In this document: piece by piece, positions 25,996 to 39,276 of the stretch
Layout: every line of letters starts with the position of its first letter
Position numbering within the stretch: position 1 is the first letter of the stretch
From: Octopus vulgaris
Taxonomy: Eukaryota
Direction of reading: 5' to 3'
DNA length: 64,000 nt
Assembly (NCBI GenBank): GCA_951406725.2
Contig: OX597818.1
Location: 101,370,001-101,434,000 of the forward strand
Translations under genes and position numbers: made by a program
The notes under the pieces: generated by a model
Told to the model about the DNA's origin: nothing
Databases searched by the model: none
Seen by the model: the letters and a program-made list of their open reading frames with translations, nothing else

Positions 25996-26577
25996 CCCTG
26001 ATTCAGTACCATGCCCTGATTCAGTATAAATGCCCTGATGCAGTACCAGGCAGTGGTTCTCATGGCTTCTGATCTTAACTGATTGGAAGTGTTATCATGT
26101 ACATTGTTTTCTTTAGGTATAAAAGATGGGCTACAGCAAATACTCTGCTCAATACCACAGATTTGCTTGTCAGTTGTTTGACCTTAACCAGTTGAGCATG
26201 TCCCTTAGTGGCTGATGATATGTGCGTCTCCCATCACGAGCAGAAGTAGTGGAGGAGTATCATAGTGTTGAGAGGGATTCCTTGGGGTTTGAATAATTCA
26301 CCTCTGGAAACATGGGTGTTTCGTTCAGCATCCTTAAACAACCCTTACTCAGGGATCTTTTGAGCAGGATGGGTTACTCGACCAGAAGAAAATTCTAACT
26401 AGGCCCCACCTACAAGGTCATGTGCTGTTTATCTTGATATATCACCATGTCGCGCACATATGGTTGTGATGCATGTGCCTGGTGTACCCTTACCAGACGG
26501 GTAGACATGATGGGTATACTGGGTTTCGTATATTTTACCCCAGTGTCACTTTGATGACATGCACTGTTCTCTCACTC
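25993..26577 (+). mobile_element. ~560-bp non-coding element in (TAA)n with triplicated 5' end
   Basis: ATGCCCTGAT(T/G)CAGTA at 25993, 26011 and 26030; ends CTCTCACTC(AAT)n. Confidence 0.9.
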
Positions 26578-26638
<61 letters not shown>

Positions 26639-27287
26639 GTCATAGTAATATTAATGATGATGATAAATAAATAAATAAATAATTAAATAAATAATTAATT
26701 AAAGAAGAGGCCGCAAATTTCATTACATGCGCTGGAATCGTTACTAAGGAATGTGAGAGATTTATAAATTATAAACTAAAATCAGACATGAGTAAATGAT
26801 TAATTTTCATGTCAGGTTTAACAGCAAAGAAAGATGCGAAACATCGTATCCGAATTCTGAGTAAATTAGAGCTGAATGAGAAGCTAACAATACAAGAAAT
26901 ATCCGAGGAAATGATAAAAAAATCTAAGGCACGAGTAGAAGTGAATAACTGCACTCTTATTCAGTCGGTGCTGCCGAAAGTCAGAAATGAAAAGTAGAAG
27001 ATTAACGCTTGTTTTGGATGTGGAGAATTACACTACACATTCGACTGTCCTGGTAAAAATCGAAAATACTTCGTGTGATAAGATAGCTCGTAAACAACCC
27101 CATGGTAAAACAAAACTTAGAAAACAGATCACATGAGAACATTCATGTAAACTGTTTATCGGCGAGAATAATGCAGAGAAGACTCAAATAAAATGTGTGT
27201 ACAGAAAAAGTATTAATGCGGTTAGATATAGTTAGTGACATTATATTAATTAATGAAAACATATGGAAAACAATCGCGAAGCGTACA

Positions 27288-27487
27288 CTAGGCAAACGTT
27301 GATATATGCATGCGGTGTATCGACAATTCCGCAGAAAGGAAATCGTCTCTATAATTAGTATCCCGTCGGGGTTTGTAACAAGCGCGAACTATCAATACCG
27401 CAGCTAAAACTACAATACCGCAGGATAATATTACATATCCAATCCATGGTTGATATCCAAAACTATCTTCTTCTGGTGGAGGTTCTC
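27288..27487 (-). CDS. Terminal coding exon: TM helix + short cytoplasmic tail
   Basis: Acceptor ttttactgtatattgcag; EPPPEEDSFGYQPWIGYVILSCGIVVLAAVLIVRACYKPRR...MHISTFA*. Hydrophobic stretch followed by basic stop-transfer residues. Confidence 0.75.
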
Positions 27488-27782
27488 CTGCAATATACAG
27501 TAAAATAAGTTTTCTAAGAATATAATTAATTATTTCATGAATTATCAATATTATCCAAATCCAATTGAGAATTGTATGCTTCTGAAGCATAGTCGTTCCT
27601 TTCCTTTGTAAGTGTAAAACTGACTCGTACATGATTGCAACAGATATAAATTTTGGCGGAATTAAATTATCACCAAGTACATCTTTTTGATCATTATTCC
27701 AATCCATGCTAACTACGCATATTTAAAGGGTCCATTTTAAGTCCCAAACGATATGAATGTATGTTCCATTGAACGTACACAC

Positions 27783-27832
27783 CTCCACCCTCTGTACTCA
27801 ACTCTTGTTGTGTTGAAGTGTAGGAACATTGG
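27783..27832 (-). CDS. 50-nt exon (phase 2-1) QCSYTSTQQELSTEGG
   Basis: cttttctcacacgtgtcag / G|gtgtgt; phase matches the terminal exon. Confidence 0.55.
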
Positions 27833-28064
27833 CTGACACGTGTGAGAAAAGGGAAATGGCATTAGTTAAGGAATCCAAATTTTTTACCAATTTTACGCGA
27901 TTTAATTGGGATGTACCGTGAATATTTCACTTTCATTCTTCTCTCGTAATGCGATTAAAATATAAAATCAATATTACATTGTTCGAGTAAATTAAAGAAT
28001 TAATTTTTGTAAAGTCTATCGAATTATTTGACGCCAAGATATAAAGCACGTCTTCGCATTTCAC

Positions 28065-28134
28065 AATGGCCACGTCTGGGAATTCAGGGTCCATGCCATC
28101 GGAATTCGAAACGTTATATTGCCTTTACAATTTT
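28065..28134 (-). CDS. Candidate 70-nt exon (phase 1-2) NCKGNITFRIPMAWTLNSQTWP
   Basis: cctcgacag acceptor and weak gtgaaa donor; bridges the phases of the neighbouring exons. Confidence 0.3.
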
Positions 28135-28535
28135 CTGTCGAGGAATTTGTTTCTTGTATATAACAATATGATAGGAAAATATATAAACACTTTAATATAC
28201 GTCATTTCCAGTGAAATGTATAGCATATCAACTAACTGCCAAAACAACACCACCACCCCACACACATGTACACATAAAACCACGAGTCATGTTCGCTTAC
28301 ATATGTATAATTGGTCATATGACTAATATATACACATGTGTGTGTTTTGTCTGATTGCCAGTGTGTGTGTTGTGTCTGTGTGTATAAATATTTCAAGCAA
28401 TCAGTGCTTCGCAGTTATTCCTTAAAACTATTGATATAGTTGTAGCCCTTTGGGTGGGATTGTCGGTGGAAGATTATTGCCAAAGAATGTAAATAGTGGA
28501 GGAATATACTACCCTCAGAATCTATACTGAAAAGG

Positions 28536-28573
<38 letters not shown>

Positions 28574-28793
28574 AATATATGCATATATATATACATGTAT
28601 ATATATATGTATATATATATATATATATATGTATGTATATACAATTCATAAGTGAGGGCAAAGGAAAAAACATTCTAATGTCAAATATGCCGAAAAATTG
28701 GACATATTGTCCATTAATCATATAATGTTTTCACAATACGCACGTTACTCGAAAAAAGGTCGACAGAAATTTCTAAAAAATTCCATTATTACC

Positions 28794-28848
28794 ATATCGG
28801 ACCGATTTCAGAGTTAGCTATTAAGAGCCCTCCCTTCATCAGTGATAC
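28794..28848 (-). ncRNA. Minimal type I hammerhead-like motif
   Basis: GUAUCA CUGAUGA AGGG-ag-GGCU-cuuaau-AGCU-aa-CUCU GAAA UCGG UC^ CGAUAU. Core intact, GUC site, near-palindromic stem III; first pair of stem I mismatched. Confidence 0.65.
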
Positions 28849-29276
28849 ATGTGGCAAAAGAAATAAATGAGATACTTACTCATACCCATGGAAAAAGCAA
28901 ACACTATGTCATGAGCACAACTAAGTACCCCAAATACATCCAAAATAGAAATACTCCAGCCCATTCGAGATACGTGCGATTTGAACTGAGGCTCTCACAG
29001 AGTGAGATAGTCCGGAATGTGAACGCTTAAATTTATATCTAACATACGAAAAAAATTTTTTCGAAAAAAATGTTATCAATGGCCAGCATATTAAAAAATA
29101 CCTTTAACGGTTAAACTCATAAACAATTCATAAATGAGGGCAAAGGAAAAAAATTCTAATGCTAAATATGCCGAAAAATTGGACATATTGTCCATTAACC
29201 ATATAATTTTTTAACAATACGCACGCTACTCGAAAAAAAGTCGACAGAAATTTCTAAAAAAAATTCCATTATTACC

Positions 29277-29331
29277 ATATCTGACCGATTTCAGACTTAG
29301 CTATTAAGAGCCCTCTCTTCGTCAGTGATAC
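29277..29331 (-). ncRNA. Minimal type I hammerhead-like motif (second unit)
   Basis: GUAUCA CUGACGA AGAGAGGGCU..AGCUAAGUCU GAAAUCGGUC^AGAUAU. Confidence 0.65.
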
Positions 29332-29619
29332 GTGTGGCAAAAAAAAAAATAAATGAGGTACTTACTCATACCCATTGAAAAAGCAAACACTAAGTCATGA
29401 GCACAACGAAGTACCTTTTTTCAAGTAGCGTGCGTATTGTCAAAAAATTATATGGTTATTGGACAATATGTCCAATTTTTCGGCATATTTGACATTAGAA
29501 ATCTTTTCCTTTGCCCTCATTTATGAAGTGTTTATAAATTTAAGCGTTAAAAGTATTTTTTAATATGCTGGCCATTGATAAAATTTTTTTCGAAAAAATA
29601 TTTGATCCTATATTAGATA

Positions 29620-29722
<103 letters not shown>

Positions 29723-29839
29723 CTTCAGTTGCTTTTGATGAGAAGGAATATATGTGACATGTAATCTGATGCAATGAGGTGGAAGGGAAATATGCTGAAA
29801 CGTGATTTGTTTAGTTCTGTTCATATATCTTTTAATTAA

Positions 29840-30865
29840 TTTTTTTGTGTAACTAAACAATTTAAAACTTTATATACTGATGTAATTCGTCACGCAAAAC
29901 ACGCTTTACTCTGAATAGTTTTGAAAAATCCTTTCGTATTTTAGAAGTCATTTCGTGTTAAATTTGTTGTATTTGGGTAATTTTCACCAATTAACGACAT
30001 TTATTCAGTTGAAGAATGCTACTGTTGTCTGCGATAATAATCGAAGAGGAACAACTTCCGGGTCATCTTTACTAAATGTCACAACACTTTTCTACTTTAA
30101 TTTTGTTTACTGCCTGTGTTGCATATTACACGCTTTTGATTTTGTTTCTCGCGTCGGAGAATGTAATGATTTTATCTCACTATAGTCAACAACACACTCA
30201 TTTCGTCAAAATAAAAAGCTTTACAAGATAAAACAACACTATCAAAACATAAAAGTAAATCAAAACAAATATACTGTGTTTTCTTCCGGGCCCCAAAAGT
30301 CTTTCACGTTGTTAACCAACCGACCTTTCACCTGAAAAGAATCAGTGGAATCAGTCGATCACGATACACAAATTATTTTCCTTTTGAAACTTATTCAAAA
30401 AGTACACATATTAAGTGCACCTTTCTATGAGCCACACACAGTAAATATTCCAGGTAAAAAAGATGATGACTTGTACAACGGAAAATTCGGTAATTGAAGT
30501 GACAGTAACGAGTTCACTCGTTGGTTGGTAGTTGATAGTGTAGGAGAGGATGTCTGACAGTAGAGTGGGAAAGAGTACGGAATGCATAGTGCTGACTATA
30601 CAGGAAGAAAGTTTAACATACAAAGAGAACAGTGTGCTGACATTTAGTAGAGGTGACCCGGAAGTTGTTCCTCTTCGATTCCTATCGCAAACAGCAGTAG
30701 CTTTCATCAGCTGAATACACCTTGGTGATTGGCTAAAATTACCCTAATACGACAACTTTAGCACGAATTACGAACTTTCGTCAAAAAGGTTCAAACTAAA
30801 CCGTATTCTATGTGAGAAATTACACCAGTACATGAAGTTTCAATCTGTATACTTAAAAAAATAAT
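29840..30865. mobile_element. Non-autonomous DNA transposon with long (~250-300 bp) diverged TIRs
   Basis: AATCGAAGAGGAACAACTTCCGGGTCATCTTTACTAAATGTCA (~30040) versus TGACATTTAGTAGAGGTGACCCGGAAGTTGTTCCTCTTCGATT (~30640); the inverted similarity extends outward. Ends approximate. Confidence 0.8.
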
Positions 30866-31011
30866 AATAATAAAAAAATATGTTTGCCAAACTGTACAGA
30901 TCCCTGAAAATGTATTAGGTGTAAATATTTTCTGCTTCTAAGATAGATGTATCAGAATATCGATGACCACAGAATGTTTTCTGTGTGACAGATGTTTTGC
31001 TTGTAACTCAC

Positions 31012-31061
31012 CTTCCCATGATAGGATATTGGTGAAACTCTTCTTTACAGCTTTACATAAT
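31012..31061 (-). CDS. 50-nt exon (phase 2-1) LCKAVKKSFTNILSWE
   Basis: ctctctatattgcag / AAG|gtgagt (strong sites); only one open frame. Confidence 0.6.
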
Positions 31062-32380
31062 CTGCAATATAGAGAGTAGAACATGTTAATAGTTCAGCTT
31101 AATAAATTACGACATTTTGAAAGTAAAACTGAAATCTGAATTTAAACTGACTCGATAAGTTGTTCGTAATGACCATTGGGATTATTTCATGACAAATGCA
31201 AGTATTCCTTTCTTATTAGAAATGGAACGTAATGCAAAACGAAAATTCTTCCTATATAGAAGATTCTTGTACCCCACACCGTGTTTAGTTATTTGTTTTT
31301 TATTTTCCCTTTAAATGCCAGTGTTTTAAATGGAAAACCTCTGTTCACTGTTTCTGAACTAATTATAAATGAAAATATATTCAGCTCCAGAGAAATAGGT
31401 ACGGGAACAATTATGGAATGAAGATGAGACGAACCTAATAGAAGTGAGAACTAAGAAACTGCTGTTCTTCTCATTCATAGCACAGCATTTTTAGTAGGTA
31501 TTAAGCGCTGAGTGTTGAGAGGATGACAGCAGGGTGAAGAAGAGTTGCAGCTTCAGATTCAGTGTTATACACATTAACTGAAGATAGTATAACAGCCTCA
31601 AAATGACAAACCCTAAATATAATCTATATCAGCTGTTTAAATTTAATTTAAATGCATCAATTTAAATGCAATTAACAGCTTTACAGCTAAATTCAAAATT
31701 TTGCATCTGCAGAAATTTGATTTAACAAGTATCACCTCGCTACATTTGCCCGTGTTTAAATGCCATGAAATATATATAAATCTAGTCCGAAATTCTAACA
31801 TAAAATGAAGTTCAAATGTGATATGACGCAATGCAAACATAAGCAACATGATAAATAATATTTCCGACATTAAACTGGAAAACGGACTACGAACAGCAGC
31901 TATGATTGTACGGTTTCTGATATCATATAAATCTTTCTATACCTGGACACACTTCACTAGAAGAAGGTGATCAGCAGATACATGAGTACGTATCTGTGTT
32001 ACGATATGATTTTACAATGCTATATAAACAATTCTAGAGCAAAGATGATTATTTCATTTTAAAAATCATAAATACGGGGTATTTCGCAGAAAACAGTATT
32101 TGGAAAATTAAAGTATAAAGAAATAGTTAGTAGGCTGAAATGATACACGTTTAACGATGTCAAAATAATCAACTGTTTGTATTAGACTGACGTAGAAGGT
32201 AAGAATAACACCCACTTTGCTAAATCTGGAATCGACACACAATTTGCTAAATCTGGAATCGACACACAATATGCTCAATTCACGATATAACATATTTGAA
32301 TATTTAATTAAAAGGAATACACACAGTTTGATTCCATTTGATCATAACTTGGTTGAATAGAGTTTATGTAGTCCTAAATA

Positions 32381-32935
32381 TTGGGTTATCCGGAAAGTTC
32401 GTGCCGATTTATAGTAGCTTATATTTCGACTTAATTTAGAATATGGTTGGGTCCGTAAAATAGGATTTCACTACACCTTCACTTAGAGCACAGTTTAAGT
32501 ATCTTTTCGTGGAAAATGGTTTATGTTCCTATAACCTGTGTTAATTCTTAAAATGGAAGATAAGAAAATCCATTTCCGGCACTTCATACTTTGGGAACCA
32601 GACAAAAATTGCTTCAGCTCGGGTGGGATGTATTACCTCACACTCCATATTCACCAAATATTGCTCCTTCGGATTTCCACTTATTCAGGTCTTTGCAGAA
32701 TAGTCTTAATGGTAAACATTTTAATTTCTTGGATGACGCAAAAGATACCTTGATGAATTCTTTGCCATGAAACTACCTCAATTCTTGGAGGAGGGTAATT
32801 CCAAATTAAAGAAAAGATGAAGACGCATAGTGCAACAAAATGGTTCATATTTGGTTGATTAAAAATATAATGGCAATTATATATTGACCTTTTTCTTTCC
32901 TTTAAAAATCGGCACGAACTTTCCGGACAACCCAA
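32381..32935 (+). mobile_element. Internally deleted mariner element
   Basis: ~30-bp TIRs TTGGGTTATCCGGAAAGTTCGTGCCGATTT / AAATCGGCACGAACTTTCCGGACAACCCAA, TA flanks, and the motif WDVLPHTPYSPNIAPSDFHLFRSLQN. Confidence 0.92.
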
Positions 32936-34119
32936 TATAAAGAGCAAAATTTGTTTTTCATACATCTGTCATAGGAGCCTAGATTATTCCTACAATCATA
33001 TACTTTTGTCATGCGCCGGAGACAAAGCCTCTTCACAATTACAGCTACTGAATTTTATTCCAATAAAGATTATTCTATTGGCTAAATCATATTACAGCTA
33101 TTTTGATGAATACCTTATATTTTTGCTCCAATATTCTTCGAGTATTTCTCGTGATGACATTATCATATGATCATGCGGATAATATTAAAATCACACAGTG
33201 AAGATCATATACTCTTAATATATGTCTAGCCTTTAGATACGCCTGCTATAAAATCCAAGTCCATGACGCATGAAAACTAGGGGTATTCTAATAGATACGA
33301 AGACCAATGTCATTTTGTTAAATCTGCAATTGACACACTATGTGATCAATTCATGATATATCATATTCGAATACTTAATTAAGTTTTGCTCCTTTCCTGT
33401 TTCTCCAGTCTTTTCATTTGGTACATAACACCAGTTAGAATGTTTGTTCTTAATATGTTCTATGGATCTTTTCTGTATATGACTCAGAGTTTCCAACAAT
33501 TATACCTAATGAAGCGATGATAAATTAGTATATGCCAGGCATGAGTAGGAGAAAATAAAACAAGCATTGTAGTTTTTTGAAATATAATAATAATGATAGT
33601 AAAGGAAGATGGTACTTTTAAAGAAACCAATATATGTACAGATCGGTCCAAGAGTTGCTAACAGAGTGGCGCACAAAGAAAAGTAGATACTTTTCTGCCA
33701 AGAAGAGCAAATCCAGAATCCTACAGCATCATAGACTGCTACGCTTATACACGCAACTCTATTTTATCTTGCAGAAACTAACATTTACTGCAATGTCATA
33801 TTTTGCATTTTGATGGATTTAATGTTGCCAAATCATTTTATAATTCTGACAGACAAAAGGCTGGATCATTGTGCAGTAGTGTATTGTTGCATTGATATTT
33901 AGGGATTTAATAGTGAGGAATTAGAAGATCCTTTATTAATATCTGTATGGAGTGAATAATTAAAAGGGTAAAAAGAAAAAAAACTATTTCACGTCGGTCA
34001 TGAGTCAAAATGGGATTTCAAATATAAAGTCAACCTCAGAGGCACATTCCGAAAAAGGTTGTTTATGGATACCAGCCTTCCTTCTCTACGCCACCTCCAT
34101 TACAGCTTCGCACTAGTGG

Positions 34120-34250
34120 CATAACAACTCATTTCTACAGCTGAAGGAAGAGAAACAACGTGAAATAAAGTGTCTTGCTCAAGAACAGATCTGAAACCTG
34201 GTCCGAGAATGAAAATTACTACATAATGATTTTGAGTCGGGCGCTGTGCC
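34120..34250 (-). mobile_element. Degenerate SINE family 3 fragment
   Basis: Reverse complement gives TTCTTGAGCAAGACACTTTATTTCACGTTG..CAGCTGTAGAAATGAGT. Confidence 0.5.
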
Positions 34251-36642
34251 AGGTGAAAAGACATTTGACAATTCAGTACGTAGCATGAGATATGTAGTGG
34301 CTGATAAACACCTTGTTTCGAATCCTGGGCAAATCAATATTAGCACACGTATAGCAGACGACAAACAACTCTAATATTTCCCAAGCAGGAAATATAAAGT
34401 TCTTCAATAACTGTATTTGATATGGTAATAGCTGAAGATTACCCGAGATGAGAAATAATTTCTATGTATGTGAATTCAAATCTTTTCTCTGCATATTTAC
34501 TTCAGATCTCTCCTTTTAACAGATCTCTCTTATGAGACAAATATACCGAAATAAAGTATCGTACTTTATTATTTGCTGGTGAAGCATTTCCCCAAGCTCT
34601 ATGTACATGTGCAGCTATAGAACTTAAATTCTGCATTTCAAAAAGAAACTGCAATTAATTTGGAAACACGCTCATCCGAACATGTAGCTGTCACATATTT
34701 ACATACGCTTATCCGAACATGTAGCTGTCACATATTTACATATATGGATGGATGGATGGATGGAAAGATGGATGGATGGATAGATAGATAGATGATAGAT
34801 ATGTGAATAAAGATGTGTGTGTGTAATTTCTCCCGAGGTACCAGAAATTCGAGACAATATTTCTTAGAATTTAATGGCCTCACATTTGTGTTTTTTTTCA
34901 GCACAAGGTAGGCATTCATATACCAACTCGATATCTACAGAGTCTAAAGGGAGGAAAAAACGAGCGTTTGTGATTCGAATTTAGAAATACTATGATTCGT
35001 AATTTTAGAAAAAAAGCATATTTCTAGCCATAGTGAATAACAAACCTTTGATGTTTAACGGTGGGCTTAAGATATTAAGAAACAAAGATTGCAAGTTTAC
35101 AAATGACAAAATCTATAAAATAAAGAGCAAAAATGAAATAAACATTTTAAAACCATAAAAAAGATATGTTATACAAAATATTAGATATAATGTAGACAAT
35201 TCTATTAAGGGTACCATAATACTTCCATGCTGGGAACAACGTAAAAACAGGTGAAGGAAATAGCGCATACATTCAAGGCAATAATTACGGAAGAAGAAAG
35301 GAAAATAGAAAGATAGAAATACAGAAGTAACGAAACCATTGAAGAGTAAGTGAAAGAAAGAAAAGAAGAAAAGTAACTCGGTACGTAACGAAGAAATAAT
35401 AAAGGAAAGAGAACAAAGTTATAGGGGAATAAATGAGCGAAGAAACACCTGAGTGAAGCGACAATGAAAAGGAAAGATTTATAAAAAAATGCATTGAAGA
35501 GAATAAGTAAATATAAATCCTTATTCTTTAGGAGAACCTTTGCCAAGTCAAGAGTTTTCTCTTTTTCTTGTCCCAATTCCTAAATGGTTTCGTTTTTATT
35601 TACCACGTCCCTAATATATATGCTATATATATTTAATTACGCAAACTCATCCATCTACATATGTCCACTCATTTATTTCACAGATATATACAACTGCCAT
35701 ATAATATAACGACAATGAACATTTTAAAAAATAAACACGCAAACTCACTGGTTTTCTACAAATATCATTCTGTGTGTTTCATCCAGGCATTTGAAGATAT
35801 ACTTTTCAAAGTCGTTGACCAGAAACTGGAAGCCCTTTAAGCTTGAATGAGAAAGAAACTTATTAAACATAATTTTTCTCTCAATAATAAGTGTATACTA
35901 TAATAACTATACAAATTTTATGCTTTCCATATTTATTAATTTGCTTTTATTTTCGAATCAGCGAAGGATTTCGATATGTTATTTCGCCAAATGCTGACCT
36001 GGCGGTACCATTATTTACAATATAACATGTTTTCGGCCCTACGTGGTGAGTTAGTAGGACCTTTAGTGCTTTTCGGCTATTCCTCAGGCTATACGTTGTA
36101 ATTTAAAAAGCGCATGATCCTGCCAAATCAATAAAATTGACCACTTACAAACTTGGTTCAATCAGTCGACTAGCCACTACAAAGTTTATCAGAATACATT
36201 TCGGGACTATGGTAGAATAAATTTTTGTTCTTGACATTTATCATTCTAGATCTCAAAGTGTATCAATGGGGTTTAACGCAAGATATGCAGAGATGTTACA
36301 ATCAATTTAAGAGGGAAGGGGAAAAATTGGTACAAAGTTAATAGAACAGCTATACAACCTCAGTATAAGGATACAATTAACTCCATTAAAATTGTTGTAT
36401 CAATATATTTCAGTAGGTTTTTAGAAGAGATCTAGTTATAAAGAAACAAAATGAAAGTGGCCGTATTTTGTTGAACACAGGACGAATATACATAGCGAAT
36501 GATGTTAACGCATGAATGGTGCGTGCATGACCCTGACGTTGATTGGTTATTAACAGAATCGTATTTGGTACTTTTCAACTTTTGTTCCTAATGAAGGCGT
36601 TATCATTCATTCATTAGGTTACAATAAAATATAGATACTTAC

Positions 36643-36696
36643 AAACGCACATCTTGGAAGAGAACACTAGCGATGTCGTCGGGGTCTATCTCTCGA
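36643..36696 (-). CDS. 54-nt exon (phase 2-2) REIDPDDIASVLFQDVR
   Basis: tactgttttag / gtaagtat; only one open frame; joins in frame to 31061. Confidence 0.6.
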
Positions 36697-37182
36697 CTAA
36701 AACAGTATATTTTAAAATAGCATGAAGTTATATTCATTTCTCGCAATGAGGTAAAATATTGACATGAATGCACAAATTTTCTTAGTTTACAGAGATTTCT
36801 AATTGTCAAAATATACAATTTAGCTTCGTTTCGAAATTGTTACAAGAAAATATTCAAATAAATATGATTACACGTGATATTTTATGGAATTATATTTCAT
36901 TTATGAATCTAATCAAAGTGAATAGAAATAAATTATTGTAAGGAAAATTTTGTTGTAACGGCATGGCAAAAATCAAACAAGGAGTTACTATTACACCTCA
37001 TTTCACAATAGAATATATGACAAATGGTAAAAATTTCAATTTAAAAAGTTATATCTTTTGTTTTACATACGAAATAGAAGAAGAAAAATTGCAGAGCTCA
37101 TAAAAGAGTTAAATGTATGTGTGCATGCCTATGTGTTTGTGTGTATATGCATGCCTGTATATATGTCTGCATGTATGTGTAC

Positions 37183-37375
37183 ACAAGGGGATGCTAAAAT
37201 CTTTCTGGCTTTAGAGGTATTGCAAAAGGCCTGGCAGGAGAACCAAATTTCATAATTCTTTTGCAGGACTTAGAAAAACTCAAGGAATATTGCAATAAGC
37301 GTGCAAATTTGAATCTGAAAGGGAAATACTTTGTGAAGAAAATTTTCGGTGAACTCAGGATCTTTTCAACGGCTC

Positions 37376-37376
<1 letters not shown>
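37183..37376. mobile_element. Mariner-like MITE remnant
   Basis: Degenerate termini CAAGGGGATGCTAAAATC / GATCTTTTCAACGGCTCG-TA, similar to 44707-44814. Confidence 0.4.
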
Positions 37377-37417
<41 letters not shown>

Positions 37418-37419
37418 CT

Positions 37420-38350
37420 TAGATAAAACTTAGATATGTTTCGACCGAAAAATTGGTCTAACTTAACAGATCCACCTGATAGGATGATCTAAATCCTTTT
37501 TAAGTCACGTTTTGGGTATTATGGTCCATTCAAGCAGTGAGATGTTGTTGATTGAGTTGAATCCGGGTATGGGTGGATTGAGGAAATCGGTCCAGACTCC
37601 GTTTAAAGGTGATGGGATCTTTTTCCTCTTTGAACAGATTTGGGACAATGTTAAACAGGGCAGGGTCTGTTGGGAGATTTTGTCACAGTGTACCTATATG
37701 TTGTGATCCTGAATTGGTCCCAACCTTGGATGAACCTTGGAATTAATGTTCAGGTCGTTTGGAAAATGCTGACGGTATCTTTTCCACAAAATGATGTACA
37801 AATGCAATAACCGCTCGCGGCCGCGCTGGAGAGGGTAGAGTTTCAAGGCTTTAAGGCGGTCCCAGTACTGGAGAAAAGTCATGCCTTCAATTCGCCTAGT
37901 GAGTAACCTCTGGGGTGATTCAATTTTCGAGATGTTTTGTTTTGTATGGGGAGACCACAAGGAGCAGCAGTATTCGAGGAGTGGCCGTATAAATGAGGAA
38001 TGATGAGACCTTGTTCTCTGGAACGGAATGTATTTAGATCCAGGATCTCATCTTACGAGCTATATCGACCTTATTGTTGATGTGGGTACTCCAACTGAGA
38101 CTGTTATCGACAGTTACACCTCGGTCTCTGATATTATTAGATGCTGTCAGCGTTTCCCCTGAAGGAAGAGATTATGGCTGTTTTAGAATAGACTTTCATC
38201 CAAAATGTCTCAGCTCAAATTTTCATTCATTATTTGCATTTTGGTTTTTTTCTGCCCATTTACTCACAGCATATAGATCAGACTGGAGTCGAGTTCGGGC
38301 CTCCTCTTCATTGATGATTTGCTGGAGCTTTGTGTCATCAGCACATATTT
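37420..38350 (-). mobile_element. 5'-truncated CR1-group LINE
   Basis: ICADDTKL, then LWSPHTKQNISKIESPQRLLTRRIEGM..YWDRLKALKLYPLQR; short repeated tail ATCTAAGTT. Confidence 0.8.
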
Positions 38351-38846
38351 TCCCTTTTTATGCATATAGGGGATATATAATTGTCTCTAGATGTGATTAG
38401 GTTGTTAGGAAGCGCCTACATTGCTAAAGCAAAGAGATAAACTGGCTCTAATGATGTAGTTAACACACTTGTCTTCATTTATGTGCGTTAACTACAGCAT
38501 CAGAGAAGTTTCGTTCTTATTTCTGACAACGTAGATTTTTCCTAACATCCTAGTTTCCTTTAGGAACAATTATATTTCTCTCTTTGTCGTGAAGCATTGC
38601 AAACCGCTGTGATTTTACTAATACTACTAATATTTTTGCTATAATCATTTCTTAAATATAGCCACGAAACACGTGCCGATATTCTACCAAATGAATATGT
38701 TTTATTTATTATTTTGCACGTTACTTAATCATAGGTATATTATTTTTATCTTATATTTAATATTTCTATTATATGTAATTTTCTAGATGGTGTAATTTAA
38801 TTTTTCATTTTGAATTGATAAATAGTGTTTTTTTCTGAGTGCTTAC

Positions 38847-39039
38847 CTCCTCTTCACAAACATAAGGACACAAGGAAAAAAATGTGTCAAAGCCGACAGG
38901 AAGCGTTCGATGCTTCCTAGGGCTACACAGCGGTGTGTAATTCCCATACGGGACTGTCACGTTAATTTGACGGTATACAACCACTCTATCGCTCCACCAC
39001 CGCTCATGTCTCTTTGAGACATTTAGAAATTTAATATTT
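38847..39039 (-). CDS. 193-nt exon NIKFLNVSKRHERWWSDRVVVYRQINVTVPYGNYTPLCSPRKHRTLPVGFDTFF...
   Basis: aatcag / GAG|gtaagc; open frame with three N-glycosylation sequons. Exit phase fits the next exon only if the A7 run is really A6. Confidence 0.55.
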
Positions 39040-39042
39040 CTG

Positions 39043-39100
<58 letters not shown>

Positions 39101-39167
39101 TTTGTGAAATATGATTTAGTATTTCTATATTGAACCTTCCCCTGTAATTTGGGAATAATATTCCCTC

Positions 39168-39270
<103 letters not shown>

Positions 39271-39276
39271 TTGTAT

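Noticed and set aside
26205-26250. CTGATGA/CTGACGA in the 560-bp element
   Set aside because: No stem II followed by GAAA and no stem I could be found.
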